DNA from: Escherichia coli
GTDB lineage: Bacteria; Pseudomonadota; Gammaproteobacteria; Enterobacterales; Enterobacteriaceae
Assembly: GCF_016026235.1 (NCBI RefSeq)
Contig: NZ_CP065613.1
Strand: one strand, 5' to 3'
Length of the DNA: 64,000 nucleotides
Shown here: positions 41,791 through 59,260 of the stretch, one piece after another
How the letters are laid out: every line of letters begins with the position of its first letter
How positions within the stretch are numbered: position 1 is the stretch's first letter
Made by a program: the position numbers and the translations under genes
The notes under the pieces: generated by a model
Seen by the model: the letters and a program-made list of their open reading frames with translations, nothing else
Told to the model about the DNA's origin: nothing
The model's database searches: none

Positions 41791-42606
41791 TTACCAGCCT
41801 TTAACAGCGCCGCCGTTAAACACTTTGTTTGCTGCTTCGTAAACTTCATCAGACTGATAAGCCTGGACGAATTTCTTCACGTTCTCGGCGTCTTTGTTAT
41901 CTTCACGCGTTACGATCAGGTTTACGTACGGGGAGTCTTTATCTTCGACAAAGATACCGTCTTTCGCTGGAGTCAGGCCAATCTGGCTGGCATAGGTGGT
42001 ATTGATAACTGCCAGAGCGATTTGCGCGTCGTCCAGAGATCGAGGCAGCTGCGGTGCTTCCAGCTCAACAATTTTCAGATTTTTTGGGTTCTCAACAACA
42101 TCAAGAACGGTCGGCAGCAGGCCAACGCCATCTTTCAGTTTGATCAAGCCCACTTTTTGCAGCAGCAGCAGTGAACGACCAAGATTAGTTGGATCGTTTG
42201 GCACGGCAACCTGCGAACCATCCTGCAGTTCATCCAGTGATTTGATTTTCTTGGAGTAACCAGCAATCGGATAAACAAAAGTGTTGCCTACTGCGACCAG
42301 TTTGTAGCCACGATCTTTCAGTTGCTGATCAAGGTACGGTTTATGCTGGAAGGCGTTGGCGTCGATATCGCCTTTGCTCAATGCTTCGTTTGGCAGAACA
42401 TAGTCGTTGAAGGTTACCAGCTCAACGTCCAGGCCATATTTGTCTTTCGCAACTTTCTGCGCGACTTCTGCTACCTGCTGTTCGGCACCAACAATCACGC
42501 CGACTTTAATGTGGTTTGGATCTTTTTCATCCTGACCGCAGCCTACCAGTGCCAGTGATCCAATCAGGGCTCCCACTGCCGCAAAGGTTTTGAATTTGAA
42601 CGCCAT
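41791..42606 (-). CDS. metQ: D-methionine ABC transporter substrate-binding lipoprotein
   Basis: 271-aa ORF MAFKFKTFAAVGALIGSLALVGCGQDEKDPNHIKVGV... Confidence 0.9.
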   Translation of the reverse strand: MAFKFKTFAAVGALIGSLALVGCGQDEKDPNHIKVGVIVGAEQQVAEVAQKVAKDKYGLDVELVTFNDYVLPNEALSKGDIDANAFQHKPYLDQQLKDRGYKLVAVGNTFVYPIAGYSKKIKSLDELQDGSQVAVPNDPTNLGRSLLLLQKVGLIKLKDGVGLLPTVLDVVENPKNLKIVELEAPQLPRSLDDAQIALAVINTTYASQIGLTPAKDGIFVEDKDSPYVNLIVTREDNKDAENVKKFVQAYQSDEVYEAANKVFNGGAVKGW

Positions 42607-42645
42607 ACCTTATTCCTTCTTCAATTATTTATGTTGTGTTGAACG

Positions 42646-43299
42646 TTACTTGCGAGTGACAGCCCGGACGATGCGGTCGCCTGCGAACTGAATTAAATAA
42701 ACCAGAATGACCAGCAATACCAGTACCGTATTCATCACCGTCGCGTTATAGCCGATGTAGCCATACTGATAGCCAATCTGACCTAAACCACCGGCACCGA
42801 CTGCACCACCCATCGCGGAATAACCGACCAGGGTAATCAGGGTGATAGTTGCCGCATTCACCAGACCCGGCAGTGCTTCCGGTAACAGCACCTTACGGAC
42901 GATCTGCATCGGCGTGGCACCCATTGCGCGGGAAGCTTCAATTAACCCGGTTGGGATCTCCAGCAGAGCGTTCTCGACCATACGGGCAATAAACGGTGCT
43001 GCACCAACGGTTAACGGAACAATCGCTGCCTGCAAACCAATCGATGTACCGACAATAACGCGGGTAAACGGAATCATCCATACCAGCAAGATAATGAACG
43101 GGATGGAACGGAAAATGTTCACAATCGCAGAAACGGTACGATACAGCTTCGCGTTAGCAATAATTTGCCCCGGGCGCGTAACATAAAGCAGGACGCCGAC
43201 CGGCAGACCAATCACAAAGCCAAAAAATCCGGATACGAAGGTCATTGCCAGCGTTTCCCATACGCCACGAACCAGCAACCACATCATCGGCTCAGACAT
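42646..43299 (-). CDS. metI: D-methionine ABC transporter permease
   Basis: 217-aa membrane [31 protein letters not shown]... Confidence 0.9.
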
Positions 43300-44323
43300 A
43301 ACCCAGTACCTCTACTTTTACATGGTGTTCCTGCAGCCAGGCAATGGCGGCTTGCGTATCTTGTTGTGTGCCGTGCATTTCAGTCAGCATGATGCCGAAC
43401 TTAACGCCACCGGCGTAATCCATCTGCGCGCTAATAATGTTGTTGTTGACGTTGAAACGACGCGCGGTTTCAGAAAGCAGCGGGGCATCGACCGATTGAC
43501 CGGTAAACTCCAGGCGCAACATCGGCACGCAGTCAGTAAATGGCTCCGCTTGCAGACGTTCCTGGTAATCTTCCGGGATATCCAGATGCAGGGTCGACTG
43601 AATAAACTTCTGCGCCAGCGGCGTTTTCGGATGCGAGAACACTTCACTTACCGTGTCCTGCTCGATCAGTTCGCCATTGCTGATGACCGCCACGCAATCA
43701 CAAATACGCTTCACAACGTCCATTTCGTGGGTGATCAACAGAATCGTCAAACCCAGACGGCGGTTAATGTCTTTCAGCAGTTCGAGAATAGAACGTGTCG
43801 TTGCCGGGTCTAGCGCGCTGGTGGCTTCATCACACAGCAATACTTTGGGATTGCTGGCTAATGCACGGGCAATCGCCACACGTTGTTTCTGCCCACCGGA
43901 AAGATTCGACGGGTAGCTATCATGCTTATCTCCAAGACCAACCAATGACAGCAATTCCGTCACGCGACGTTTGATCTCGTCTTTCGGTGTATTGTCCAGC
44001 TCCAGCGGCAGAGCCACGTTGCCAAAAACAGTACGCGAAGAGAGCAGGTTAAAATGCTGGAAAATCATACCAATCTGGCGACGAGCTTTGGTCAACTCGG
44101 ATTCTGACAGCGTGGTCAGTTCCTGGCCATCGACCAGCACGCTACCCTCGGTTGGGCGCTCCAGCAGGTTTACACAACGTATAAGCGTACTCTTACCCGC
44201 GCCTGAGGCACCGATAACGCCATAAATTTGTCCAGCTGGCACATGCAGGCTGACGTTGTTCAACGCCTGGATGGTGCGGGTGCCCTGGTGGAACACTTTG
44301 GTGATATTCGAAAGTTTTATCAT
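43292..44323 (-). CDS. metN: D-methionine ABC transporter ATP-binding protein
   Basis: 343-aa [53 protein letters not shown]...; Walker A, LSGGQKQR signature. Confidence 0.92.
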
Positions 44324-44413
44324 TGATTATTTATTATCGTCATTAAGTTAGTCGTGGCATTTCGCATGCCTGAAACGGGCAACGCCGTCAATGAAATGGA
44401 TGTTAAGGCATCC

Positions 44414-44421
44414 AGACGTCT
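44414..44421. promoter_or_regulatory. candidate MetJ operator box (AGACGTCT) in the metN promoter region
   Basis: Perfect AGACGTCT octamer in the divergent metN/gmhB intergenic region; tandem phasing with neighbours not confirmed. Confidence 0.4.
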
Positions 44422-44510
44422 AAATCAATCAGGTTTATGCGAAGAGCACTTTCTTGCAGGTCGAAACATGCGATACTAGCGTCACATGCCTTATTAAGGA
44501 GCTATAAAAG

Positions 44511-45086
44511 GTGGCGAAGAGCGTACCCGCAATTTTTCTTGACCGTGATGGCACCATTAATGTCGATCACGGCTATGTCCATGAGATCGACAACTTTGAA
44601 TTTATCGACGGTGTTATTGACGCCATGCGCGAGCTAAAAAAAATGGGCTTTGCGCTGGTGGTAGTAACCAACCAGTCTGGCATTGCTCGCGGTAAATTTA
44701 CCGAAGCACAGTTTGAAACGCTGACCGAGTGGATGGACTGGTCGCTGGCGGACCGAGATGTCGATCTGGATGGTATCTATTATTGCCCGCATCATCCGCA
44801 GGGTAGTGTTGAAGAGTTTCGCCAGGTCTGCGATTGCCGCAAACCACATCCGGGGATGCTTTTGTCAGCACGCGATTATTTGCATATTGATATGGCCGCT
44901 TCTTATATGGTGGGCGATAAATTAGAAGATATGCAGGCAGCGGTTGCGGCGAACGTGGGAACAAAAGTGCTGGTGCGTACGGGTAAACCTATTACACCTG
45001 AAGCAGAAAACGCGGCAGATTGGGTGTTAAATAGCCTGGCAGACCTGCCGCAAGCGATAAAAAAGCAGCAAAAACCGGCGCAATGA
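44511..45086 (+). CDS. gmhB: D-glycero-beta-D-manno-heptose-1,7-bisphosphate 7-phosphatase
   Basis: 191-aa [37 protein letters not shown]...; HAD-family DxDGT motif. Confidence 0.9.
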
Positions 45087-45126
45087 TTAAAAGATGAGCG
45101 GTTGAAATAAAAATGCATTTTTCCGC

Positions 45127-45154
45127 TTGTCTTCCTGAGCCGACTCCCTATAAT
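45127..45154 (+). promoter_or_regulatory. rRNA operon promoter P1 (-35 TTGTCT, 16-bp spacer, -10 TATAAT, GC-rich discriminator GCGCCTCC)
   Basis: TTGTCT at 45127..45132 and TATAAT at 45149..45154, preceded by an A/T-rich UP-like tract. Confidence 0.7.
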
Positions 45155-45237
45155 GCGCCTCCATCGACACGGCGGATGTGAATCACTTCACACAAACAGC
45201 CGGTTCGGTTGAAGAGAAAAAATCCTGAAATTCAGGG

Positions 45238-45265
45238 TTGACTCTGAAAGAGGAAAGCGTAATAT
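45238..45265 (+). promoter_or_regulatory. rRNA operon promoter P2 (-35 TTGACT, -10 TAATAT)
   Basis: TTGACT at 45238..45243, 16-bp spacer, TAATAT at 45260..45265. Confidence 0.65.
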
Positions 45266-45306
45266 ACGCCACCTCGCGACAGTGAGCTGAAAGCCGCGTC
45301 GCAACT

Positions 45307-45318
45307 GCTCTTTAACAA
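45307..45318 (+). promoter_or_regulatory. boxA antitermination element of rRNA leader
   Basis: GCTCTTTAACAA exact boxA consensus; second boxA-like TGCTCTTTAAAAATC in the 16S-23S spacer near 47318. Confidence 0.75.
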
Positions 45319-45449
45319 TTTATCAGACAATCTGTGTGGGCACTCGAAGATACGGATTCTTAACGTCGCAAGACGAAAAATGAATACCAAGTCTCAAGAG
45401 TGAACACGTAATTCATTACGAAGTTTAATTCTTTGAGCATCAAACTTTT

Positions 45450-46989
<1,540 letters not shown>

Positions 46990-47057
46990 CCTTAAAGAAG
47001 CGTTCTTTGTAGTGCTCACACAGATTGTCTGATGAAAATGAGCAGTAAAACCTCTAC

Positions 47058-47134
<77 letters not shown>

Positions 47135-47176
47135 AATTTGCACGGCAAATTTGAAGAGGTTTTAACTACATGTTAT

Positions 47177-47252
47177 GGGGCTATAGCTCAGCTGGGAGAG
47201 CGCCTGCTTTGCACGCAGGAGGTCTGCGGTTCGATCCCGCATAGCTCCACCA
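47177..47252 (+). tRNA. alaV: tRNA-Ala (TGC)
   Basis: 76-nt GGGGCTATAGCTCAGCTGGGAGAGCGCCTGCTTTGCACGCAGGAGGTCTGCGGTTCGATCCCGCATAGCTCCACCA. Confidence 0.95.
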
Positions 47253-47435
47253 TCTCTGTAGTGATTAAATAAAAAATACTTCAGAGTGTACCTGCAAAGG
47301 TTCACTGCGAAGTTTTGCTCTTTAAAAATCTGGATCAAGCTGAAAATTGAAACACTGAACAACGAAAGTTGTTCGTGAGTCTCTCAAATTTTCGCAACAC
47401 GATGATGAATCGAAAGAAACATCTTCGGGTTGTGA

Positions 47436-50336
<2,901 letters not shown>

Positions 50337-50429
50337 ACAACGCCGAAGCTGTTTTGGCGGATGAGAGAAAGATTTTCAGCCTGATACAGATTAAATCAGA
50401 ACGCAGAAGCGGTCTGATAAAACAGAATT

Positions 50430-50549
50430 TGCCTGGCGGCCGTAGCGCGGTGGTCCCACCTGACCCCATGCCGAACTCAGAAGTGAAACGCCGTAGCGCC
50501 GATGGTAGTGTGGGGTCTCCCCATGCGAGAGTAGGGAACTGCCAGGCAT
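50430..50549 (+). rRNA. rrfH: 5S ribosomal RNA
   Basis: 120 nt, TGCCTGGCGGCCGTAGCGCGGTGGTCCCACCTGACCCCATGCCGAACTCAG...GGGAACTGCCAGGCAT. Confidence 0.95.
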
Positions 50550-50601
50550 CAAATTAAGCAGTAAGCCGGTCATAAAACCGGTGGTTGTAAAAGAATTCGG
50601 T

Positions 50602-50678
50602 GGAGCGGTAGTTCAGTCGGTTAGAATACCTGCCTGTCACGCAGGGGGTCGCGGGTTCGAGTCCCGTCCGTTCCGCCA
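50602..50678 (+). tRNA. aspU: tRNA-Asp (GTC), distal tRNA of the rRNA operon
   Basis: 77-nt GGAGCGGTAGTTCAGTCGGTTAGAATACCTGCCTGTCACGCAGGGGGTCGCGGGTTCGAGTCCCGTCCGTTCCGCCA. Confidence 0.95.
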
Positions 50679-50690
50679 CTTATTAAGAAG

Positions 50691-50718
50691 CCTCGAGTTA
50701 TCGCTCGAGGTTTTTTTT
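50691..50718 (+). terminator. rRNA operon rho-independent terminator
   Basis: CCTCGAG-TTATCG-CTCGAGG stem followed by TTTTTTTT. Confidence 0.75.
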
Positions 50719-50840
50719 CGTCTACATTTCTATTATTGCTAAAATCGCAAAAATCCTCTGCGTTTTACGCTCTTTTTCCGCAACAGTCTGAAGCCCATAA
50801 TCACCTCAGTTAACGAAAATAGCATTAAAAGAGGCATATT

Positions 50841-51644
50841 ATGGCTATCCCTGCATTTGGTTTAGGTACTTTCCGTCTGAAAGACGACGTTGTTATTTCA
50901 TCTGTGAAAACGGCGCTTGAACTTGGTTATCGCGCAATTGATACCGCACAAATCTATGATAACGAAGCTGCCGTAGGTCAGGCGATTGCAGAAAGTGGCG
51001 TGTCACGTCATGAACTCTATATCACCACTAAAATCTGGATTGAAAATCTCAGCAAAGACAAATTGATCCCGAGTCTGAAAGAGAGCCTGCAAAAATTGCG
51101 TACTGATTATGTTGATCTGACGCTAATCCACTGGCCGTCACCAAACGATGAAGTCTCTGTTGAAGAGTTTATGCAGGCGCTGCTGGAAGCCAAAAAAGAA
51201 GGGTTGACGCGTGAGATCGGTATTTCCAACTTCACGATCCCATTGATGGAAAAGGCGATTGCTGCTGTTGGCGCTGAAAACATCGCTACTAACCAGATTG
51301 AACTCTCTCCTTATCTGCAAAACCGTAAAGTGGTTGCCTGGGCTAAACAGCACGGCATCCATATTACTTCCTATATGACGCTGGCGTATGGTAAGGCCCT
51401 GAAAGATGAGGTTATTGCTCGTATCGCAGCTAAACACAATGCGACTCCGGCACAAGTGATTCTGGCGTGGGCTATGGGGGAAGGTTACTCAGTAATTCCT
51501 TCTTCTACTAAACGTAAAAACCTGGAAAGTAATCTTAAGGCACAAAATTTACAGCTTGATGCCGAAGATAAAAAAGCGATCGCCGCACTGGATTGCAACG
51601 ACCGCCTGGTTAGCCCGGAAGGTCTGGCTCCTGAATGGGATTAA
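50841..51644 (+). CDS. dkgB: 2,5-diketo-D-gluconate reductase B (aldo-keto reductase)
   Basis: 267-aa [49 protein letters not shown]... Confidence 0.9.
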   Translation: MAIPAFGLGTFRLKDDVVISSVKTALELGYRAIDTAQIYDNEAAVGQAIAESGVSRHELYITTKIWIENLSKDKLIPSLKESLQKLRTDYVDLTLIHWPSPNDEVSVEEFMQALLEAKKEGLTREIGISNFTIPLMEKAIAAVGAENIATNQIELSPYLQNRKVVAWAKQHGIHITSYMTLAYGKALKDEVIARIAAKHNATPAQVILAWAMGEGYSVIPSSTKRKNLESNLKAQNLQLDAEDKKAIAALDCNDRLVSPEGLAPEWD

Positions 51645-52555
51645 GCCTCTCTGACAGCTCCTCCGGGAGCTGTTTTTACATGCTCGCTAAGGAAATCGAT
51701 AAAAGCCCGGATGCGCGTACTTACCGCACGGTCGCTGTAATAGACTGCACTGAATGGCATTTCCACTGGCAACACTTTATCTGCCATTAACTCCACCAAT
51801 TCTCCGCGAGCGATTTCTCTGTCGATCATATAGTCGGACAAACACGCAATCCCGTTGCCACTCAGGCAAAGCTGTTTCAGTGTTTCCCCACTATTGGATG
51901 ACAAACCGTACTTCACCTCATGTAATTGTCCATCGCTACAGGCTATCGGCCAGGTATTGAGGGAAGCGGGTTCAGTGAATCCCAGGCAAACATGTTGCTT
52001 TAAATCGTCGATCGTTTCTGGCTTCCCGTAGCGGGAAATATAATTGGGGGAGGCGATAATTTTTCGATAACTGTTAAATAACGGCCTGGCACGTAAGCTG
52101 GAATCCGTTAACGTACCAGCGCGTATCGCGACATCCACTTTTCTTTCGATCAAATTAATAATCGTTTCGGAGGAGACTAGCGACAAAGTGACTTCCGGAT
52201 AGCGTTCACGGAAAGGCTTAATTAACGGCATCAGAAAGTGCAGCACCACTGGAGTTGCGGCATCGATCCGTAACAGTCCACGCGGTGTATTACGCGTCTC
52301 CATAATTTCTGATTCTGCCGCTGCCATCTCCTGCAAAATTGACTGTACGCGACGAAAATAACGCTCGCCTTCTTCCGTCAGGCTAAGTTGTCGCGTGGTC
52401 CGATTAAGCAGGCTAACGCCAAGTTTCATCTCCAGCTTTTTCACCGCCCGGCTTACCGCAGAGTTTGCTTGCCCTAATTGTTCCGCTGCCCGGCTAAAGC
52501 TGCCGCTTTCTACGACCGAAACAAAAATGGCGAGTTCTTCCGACGTGGCTTTCAT
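51641..52555 (-). CDS. yafC: LysR-family transcriptional regulator YafC
   Basis: 304-aa [67 protein letters not shown]... (LysR HTH). Confidence 0.85.
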   Translation of the reverse strand: MKATSEELAIFVSVVESGSFSRAAEQLGQANSAVSRAVKKLEMKLGVSLLNRTTRQLSLTEEGERYFRRVQSILQEMAAAESEIMETRNTPRGLLRIDAATPVVLHFLMPLIKPFRERYPEVTLSLVSSETIINLIERKVDVAIRAGTLTDSSLRARPLFNSYRKIIASPNYISRYGKPETIDDLKQHVCLGFTEPASLNTWPIACSDGQLHEVKYGLSSNSGETLKQLCLSGNGIACLSDYMIDREIARGELVELMADKVLPVEMPFSAVYYSDRAVSTRIRAFIDFLSEHVKTAPGGAVREA

Positions 52556-52744
52556 TTTTGCTCCTGTTGCAAAATAGAAGAGATATTTTGAATTTATTTG
52601 TCATTAAACCATCAGGATGCGTGATATGTCATCCGATTTAATGTTCTCAATAATGAGCAAAATTCTGACCGGTGTAAGCACTTGCTTACATAACAATATA
52701 CAATTGCTCGTTGAAAGAGTGAGCTAAAATCCCTATAACAGTAG

Positions 52745-53596
<852 letters not shown>

Positions 53597-53673
53597 GGTA
53601 TGTCAGGTCTGCCACAGGGCAGACCAACGTATGGCGCTGCCCTTTTATACTCAAACAACAAAAGGACAGCGTA

Positions 53674-54444
53674 ATGACAACACAATCCCACCATGACCAC
53701 GTAGAAAAGCAGTTTAGCTCTCAAGCCAGCGAATATCTGACCAGTACCGTACATGCATCCGGACGAGATTTACAGCGCCTGGCGGTGCGTCTGGCTGATT
53801 ATCCTGATGCAAGTGTACTTGATATGGGCTGCGGAGCAGGGCATGCCAGCTTTGTCGCTGCGCAAAACGTGAGCACGGTGGTGGCGTATGACTTATCTGC
53901 CCATATGCTGGATGTCGTGGCACAAGCTGCCGAAGCCCGGCAACTGAAAAATATCACCACCCGCCAGGGATATGCCGAAAGTCTGCCATTTGCCGATAAC
54001 GCATTTGATATTGTTATCAGCCGTTATTCTGCCCATCACTGGCATGATGTTGGTGCAGCACTGCGTGAAGTGAACCGGATATTGAAACCTGGCGGTAGGC
54101 TGATTGTGATGGACGTAATGTCTCCGGGCCACCCAGTGCGCGACATCTGGTTACAGACGGTAGAAGCATTACGCGATACCTCTCACGTACGAAACTACGC
54201 CAGCGGTGAGTGGTTGAGGTTAATCAATGAAGCCAATCTGATAGTTGATAATTTAATTACAGATAAGTTACCGCTGGAATTTTCTTCATGGGTCGCGAGA
54301 ATGCGTACGCCAGAAGCGTTAGTAGACGCTATTCGCATTTACCAACAGAGCGCATCGACAGAGGTGAGAACGTATTTTGCCTTGCAGAATGATGGCTCTT
54401 TCACCAGTGATATCATCATGGTAGATGCACATAAAGCGGCATAA
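53674..54444 (+). CDS. yafE: SAM-dependent methyltransferase YafE
   Basis: 256-aa ORF with class I methyltransferase motif VLDMGCGAGH; position after yafD. Confidence 0.8.
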   Translation: MTTQSHHDHVEKQFSSQASEYLTSTVHASGRDLQRLAVRLADYPDASVLDMGCGAGHASFVAAQNVSTVVAYDLSAHMLDVVAQAAEARQLKNITTRQGYAESLPFADNAFDIVISRYSAHHWHDVGAALREVNRILKPGGRLIVMDVMSPGHPVRDIWLQTVEALRDTSHVRNYASGEWLRLINEANLIVDNLITDKLPLEFSSWVARMRTPEALVDAIRIYQQSASTEVRTYFALQNDGSFTSDIIMVDAHKAA

Positions 54445-54446
54445 AT

Positions 54447-54480
54447 AAAAAAGGCACCGGGGGAATCGGTGCCTTTTTAT
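54447..54480. terminator. bidirectional terminator between convergent yafE and mltD
   Basis: AAAAAA-GGCACCG-GGGGAAT-CGGTGCC-TTTTTAT. Confidence 0.6.
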
Positions 54481-54491
54481 TATCTGGTTTG

Positions 54492-55850
54492 TCAGGAATC
54501 TGGCATGTTGTTGTTTTTCACAAACAACGTCAGCTTATCGCCTGGTTGCAGATTCGCAGTGTCGCTGTTCCAGCGCATCACATCTTTGATGTTCACGCCG
54601 TGGCGTTTAGCAATGCTTGAAAGCGAATCGCCTTTGCGCACACGATACGTAATGCTATCGCTGTTGTTTGCCAGTCGCTGTGCGCTACTGCCTGCACCAA
54701 TCGTCAAACTTTGGCCTGGCTTCAGCTTAGATCCGCGCAGTTTGTTCCACTGCTGCAAATCTTTGGTGCTTACGCCGAGACGTGAAGCGATACTTGAAAG
54801 CGTGTCGCCAGAGCGTACGGTGTAAACACGGCTGTTAAGCGGCGTATTGTCGGCAACCAGCGTCGACTGTACAGCAGCAATTTCGCCTGAAGCCAGAGAT
54901 TCACGCAGTTGATCTGCATGCTTCTTTGGCACCATCACGTATTGCGGACCACTTGCGCCCAGCGTGGAGCCTTTCACGCCAGCGTTGAATGTCTTCAGCT
55001 TGCTGACGGAAATCCCCGCCATATCTGCAACCTTCGCCATTTCAACCGGGCTGCTCAGGTGCACACGCGCCAGAGCACGGCTTTCATCGGTCGTTGGCAG
55101 ACGTACGCCATAACGCTTGCTGTTTTTGAGAATATCACTCAATGCCAGCATTTTAGGCACGTACTGCTTCGTTTCCTGCGGCAACGGTAACGACCAGAAG
55201 TCCGTGGATTTCCCACGCGCTTTGTTCGTTTTAATTGCCTTCATGACCCGACCTTCGCCGCTGTTATAAGCCGCTACGGTCAGAAGCCAGTCGCCGTCAA
55301 ACATTTTGTTCAGACGCTGCATCATGTTCAGCGCGGCAGTTGTTGAAGCAACAACATCGCGACGCGCGTCATAATTGCGGGTCTGTTTCAAACCATAATT
55401 GCGCCCCGTGCTCGGAATGATCTGCCAGATGCCTGCGGCATTGGCGCCAGACGTTGCGTGAGGATCAAAAGCGCTCTCCACTATGGGTAGTAGTACCAGT
55501 TCCATAGGCATGTTACGTTTTTTAACTTGCCCGGCTATCCAGTACATATACGGCTCTGCCCGTAAAGTTACATCGTGGAGATAGCTCTTATTGCGTAAAT
55601 ATTTCTGTTTCTGTTCGCGAATCCGGTCATTTTCCGGAATTCCCATCTTTAGCTCGTCGCCAATGAAAGCCCACAAGTCACCATCTGGCGCGATAGACGT
55701 CCCATCGTCCATCCATCGTGCCTGACTTGTAAACTTTGCTGCTTCCCCTTGACCAGCTGCAGAAAGGCTCTGTGCGTGCTGTTGAACGTTGCCGGTACTC
55801 TGGCAACCCACGAGCAGGACAGAGGCGAGTAATATCGCTTTTGCCTTCAT
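54492..55850 (-). CDS. mltD: membrane-bound lytic murein transglycosylase D
   Basis: 452-aa ORF MKAKAILLASVLLVGCQSTGN... (lipobox); transglycosylase SLT domain and two C-terminal LysM repeats. Confidence 0.9.
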   Translation of the reverse strand: MKAKAILLASVLLVGCQSTGNVQQHAQSLSAAGQGEAAKFTSQARWMDDGTSIAPDGDLWAFIGDELKMGIPENDRIREQKQKYLRNKSYLHDVTLRAEPYMYWIAGQVKKRNMPMELVLLPIVESAFDPHATSGANAAGIWQIIPSTGRNYGLKQTRNYDARRDVVASTTAALNMMQRLNKMFDGDWLLTVAAYNSGEGRVMKAIKTNKARGKSTDFWSLPLPQETKQYVPKMLALSDILKNSKRYGVRLPTTDESRALARVHLSSPVEMAKVADMAGISVSKLKTFNAGVKGSTLGASGPQYVMVPKKHADQLRESLASGEIAAVQSTLVADNTPLNSRVYTVRSGDTLSSIASRLGVSTKDLQQWNKLRGSKLKPGQSLTIGAGSSAQRLANNSDSITYRVRKGDSLSSIAKRHGVNIKDVMRWNSDTANLQPGDKLTLFVKNNNMPDS

Positions 55851-55921
55851 GTGTGTGTCAATAGTTGCTTAAAAGACGACCGATCATAACGGCGAACGGA
55901 GCCGATGACAAGAAAGTTTTA

Positions 55922-56680
<759 letters not shown>

Positions 56681-56710
56681 TTACCTCTCAGTGTGAAACG
56701 GAAGGTTGTG

Positions 56711-57433
56711 ATGAAACCGGCAAGAGTCCCTCAAACTGTCGTGGCTCCTGATTGCTGGGGCGATTTGCCCTGGGGAGAGCTTTATCGCAAGGCGCTGGAG
56801 CGCCAGCTCAACCCGTGGTTCACTAAAATGTATGGTTTTCATCTGCTTAAGATTGGCAATTTAAGCGCAGAAATCAATTGCGAAGCGTGCGCGGTTTCTC
56901 ATCAAGTGAATGTTTCTGCGCAAGGAATGCCCGTCCAGGTGCAGGCGGATCCACTTCATCTTCCTTTTGCCGATAAATCCGTTGATGTTTGTCTACTGGC
57001 ACATACATTGCCGTGGTGCACCGATCCGCATCGTTTATTGCGTGAAGCCGATCGGGTATTGATTGATGATGGCTGGCTGGTGATTAGTGGCTTCAATCCC
57101 ATTAGTTTAATGGGATTACGCAAACTTGTGCCGGTATTGCGAAAAACCTCGCCCTATAACAGCCGGATGTTTACTCTGATGCGGCAACTGGACTGGCTCT
57201 CTTTGTTGAATTTTGAAGTGCTACACGCCAGCCGTTTCCACGTTCTCCCGTGGAATAAACATGGTGGAAAACTATTGAGCGCGCATATTCCTGCGCTTGG
57301 TTGCTTACAACTTATCGTTGCCCGGAAACGGACTATTCCTTTAACGCTCAACCCGATGAAACAGAGCAAAAACAAACCGCGAATTCGCCAGGCGGTCGGC
57401 GCCACCCGGCAATTTCGTAAACCACAGGCTTAA
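56711..57433 (+). CDS. yafS: SAM-dependent methyltransferase-like protein YafS
   Basis: ORF-track frame 56693..57433 trimmed to ATG at 56711 ([31 protein letters not shown]...), 240 aa; start uncertain. Confidence 0.75.
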
Positions 57434-57897
57434 ACTTCGACTTGGTAGCCCGTATCTTCCAGTGTGGGATTCATTGCCGCGGCACGAGCCAGTTCATCGC
57501 AACGTTCGTTTTCTGGATGACCGGCATGGCCTTTTACCCATTCCCATTTGATTTGATGCTGCCCCAGCGCAGCATCAAGACGTTGCCAGAGATCGACATT
57601 TTTTACTGGTTTTTTGTCTGCGGTTTTCCAGCCACGTTTTTTCCAGTTATGGATCCACTGGGTGATACCCTGGCGGACATACTGGCTGTCGGTACTCAAA
57701 ATGACTTCGCAATGTTCTTTTAACGCCTCCAGCGCGACAATAGCGGCCATCAACTCCATGCGGTTGTTGGTGGTGCGGGTGTAGCCAGCGCTAAAAGTTT
57801 TCTCGCGTCCGCGATAGCGTAAAATAGCGCCATAACCCCCAGGTCCGGGATTGCCCAGACACGAACCATCGGTGAAAATTTCTACCTGTTTAAGCAT
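57430..57897 (-). CDS. rnhA: ribonuclease HI
   Basis: ORF-track frame 57430..58008 trimmed to ATG giving 155 aa ([74 protein letters not shown]...). Confidence 0.93.
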
Positions 57898-57961
57898 CTC
57901 TGGTAGACTTCCTGTAATTGAATCGAACTGTAAAACGACAAGTCTGACATAAATGACCGCT

Positions 57962-58693
57962 ATGAGCACTGCAATTACACGCCAGATCGTTCTCGATACC
58001 GAAACCACCGGTATGAACCAGATTGGTGCGCACTATGAAGGCCACAAGATCATTGAGATTGGTGCCGTTGAAGTGGTGAACCGTCGCCTGACGGGCAATA
58101 ACTTCCATGTTTATCTCAAACCCGATCGGCTGGTGGATCCGGAAGCCTTTGGCGTACATGGTATTGCCGATGAATTTTTGCTCGATAAGCCCACGTTTGC
58201 CGAAGTAGCCGATGAGTTCATGGACTATATCCGCGGCGCGGAGTTGGTGATCCATAACGCAGCGTTCGATATCGGCTTTATGGACTACGAGTTCTCGTTG
58301 CTTAAGCGCGATATTCCGAAGACCAATACCTTCTGTAAGGTCACCGATAGCCTTGCGGTGGCGAGGAAAATGTTTCCTGGTAAGCGCAACAGCCTCGATG
58401 CGTTATGTGCCCGCTACGAAATAGATAACAGTAAACGAACGCTACACGGGGCATTACTCGATGCCCAGATCCTTGCGGAAGTTTATCTGGCGATGACCGG
58501 TGGTCAAACGTCGATGGCTTTTGCGATGGAAGGAGAGACACAACAGCAACAAGGTGAAGCAACAATTCAGCGCATTGTACGTCAGGCAAGTAAGTTACGC
58601 GTTGTTTTTGCGACAGATGAAGAGCTTGCAGCACATGAAGCCCGTCTTGATCTGGTGCAGAAGAAAGGCGGAAGCTGCCTCTGGCGAGCATAA
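57962..58693 (+). CDS. dnaQ: DNA polymerase III epsilon subunit (3'-5' proofreading exonuclease)
   Basis: ORF-track frame 57953..58693 trimmed to ATG at 57962 ([39 protein letters not shown]...), 243 aa. Confidence 0.93.
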
Positions 58694-58768
58694 ATACCTG
58701 TGAAAGGCGCTAAAAATAGCGACTTGGGCGATTTTTGCAGCAAACGATTCAAAAGATGAGAAAAACCA

Positions 58769-58797
58769 TTGACGACGGGTGAGGCAATCCGTAATAT
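58769..58797 (+). promoter_or_regulatory. candidate aspV promoter (-35 TTGACG, 17-bp spacer, -10 TAATAT, GC-rich discriminator)
   Basis: TTGACG at 58769..58774 and TAATAT at 58792..58797, about 28 bp upstream of the tRNA 5' end. Confidence 0.5.
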
Positions 58798-58825
58798 TCG
58801 CCTCGTTCCCAACGGAACACAACGC

Positions 58826-58902
58826 GGAGCGGTAGTTCAGTCGGTTAGAATACCTGCCTGTCACGCAGGGGGTCGCGGGTTCGAGTCCCGTCCGTTCCGC
58901 CA
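58826..58902 (+). tRNA. aspV: tRNA-Asp (GTC)
   Basis: 77-nt sequence identical to the aspU copy at 50602..50678; lies directly after dnaQ. Confidence 0.95.
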
Positions 58903-58932
58903 AATTCACCTCATGAAAATGAGGTTCAGAGA

Positions 58933-58962
58933 ACCGCAAGATTTTTAATTTTGCGGTTTTTT
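58933..58962 (+). terminator. rho-independent terminator after aspV
   Basis: ACCGCAA-loop-TTGCGGT followed by TTTTTT; preceded by a 7-bp GAAA tetraloop hairpin (ACCTCAT-GAAA-ATGAGGT, 58907..58924). Confidence 0.6.
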
Positions 58963-59260
58963 GCATTTAAATCCCGCTATTTCTTCGGTCTATGATTTTG
59001 TTATGCTGTAAATGTGTTAATCACATATGGTAGACCATATCATTAATATTTAATCATACTATCGAATCATTCAATTTAAATATATTTGCATGTTATGATT
59101 TTCATTTTTCTATTGATTTAATGAATTTATATTTGCTGTTATTTTTGTTTGTTCTGATTCAAGTGGAGTATATAATTAAAAATCGTTAGCTAAACATTAC
59201 CATGATTATGACAGGCGAGGGAGTGTCCGATTATGAATTTAAGAAGGGTTTGTTGTATAT

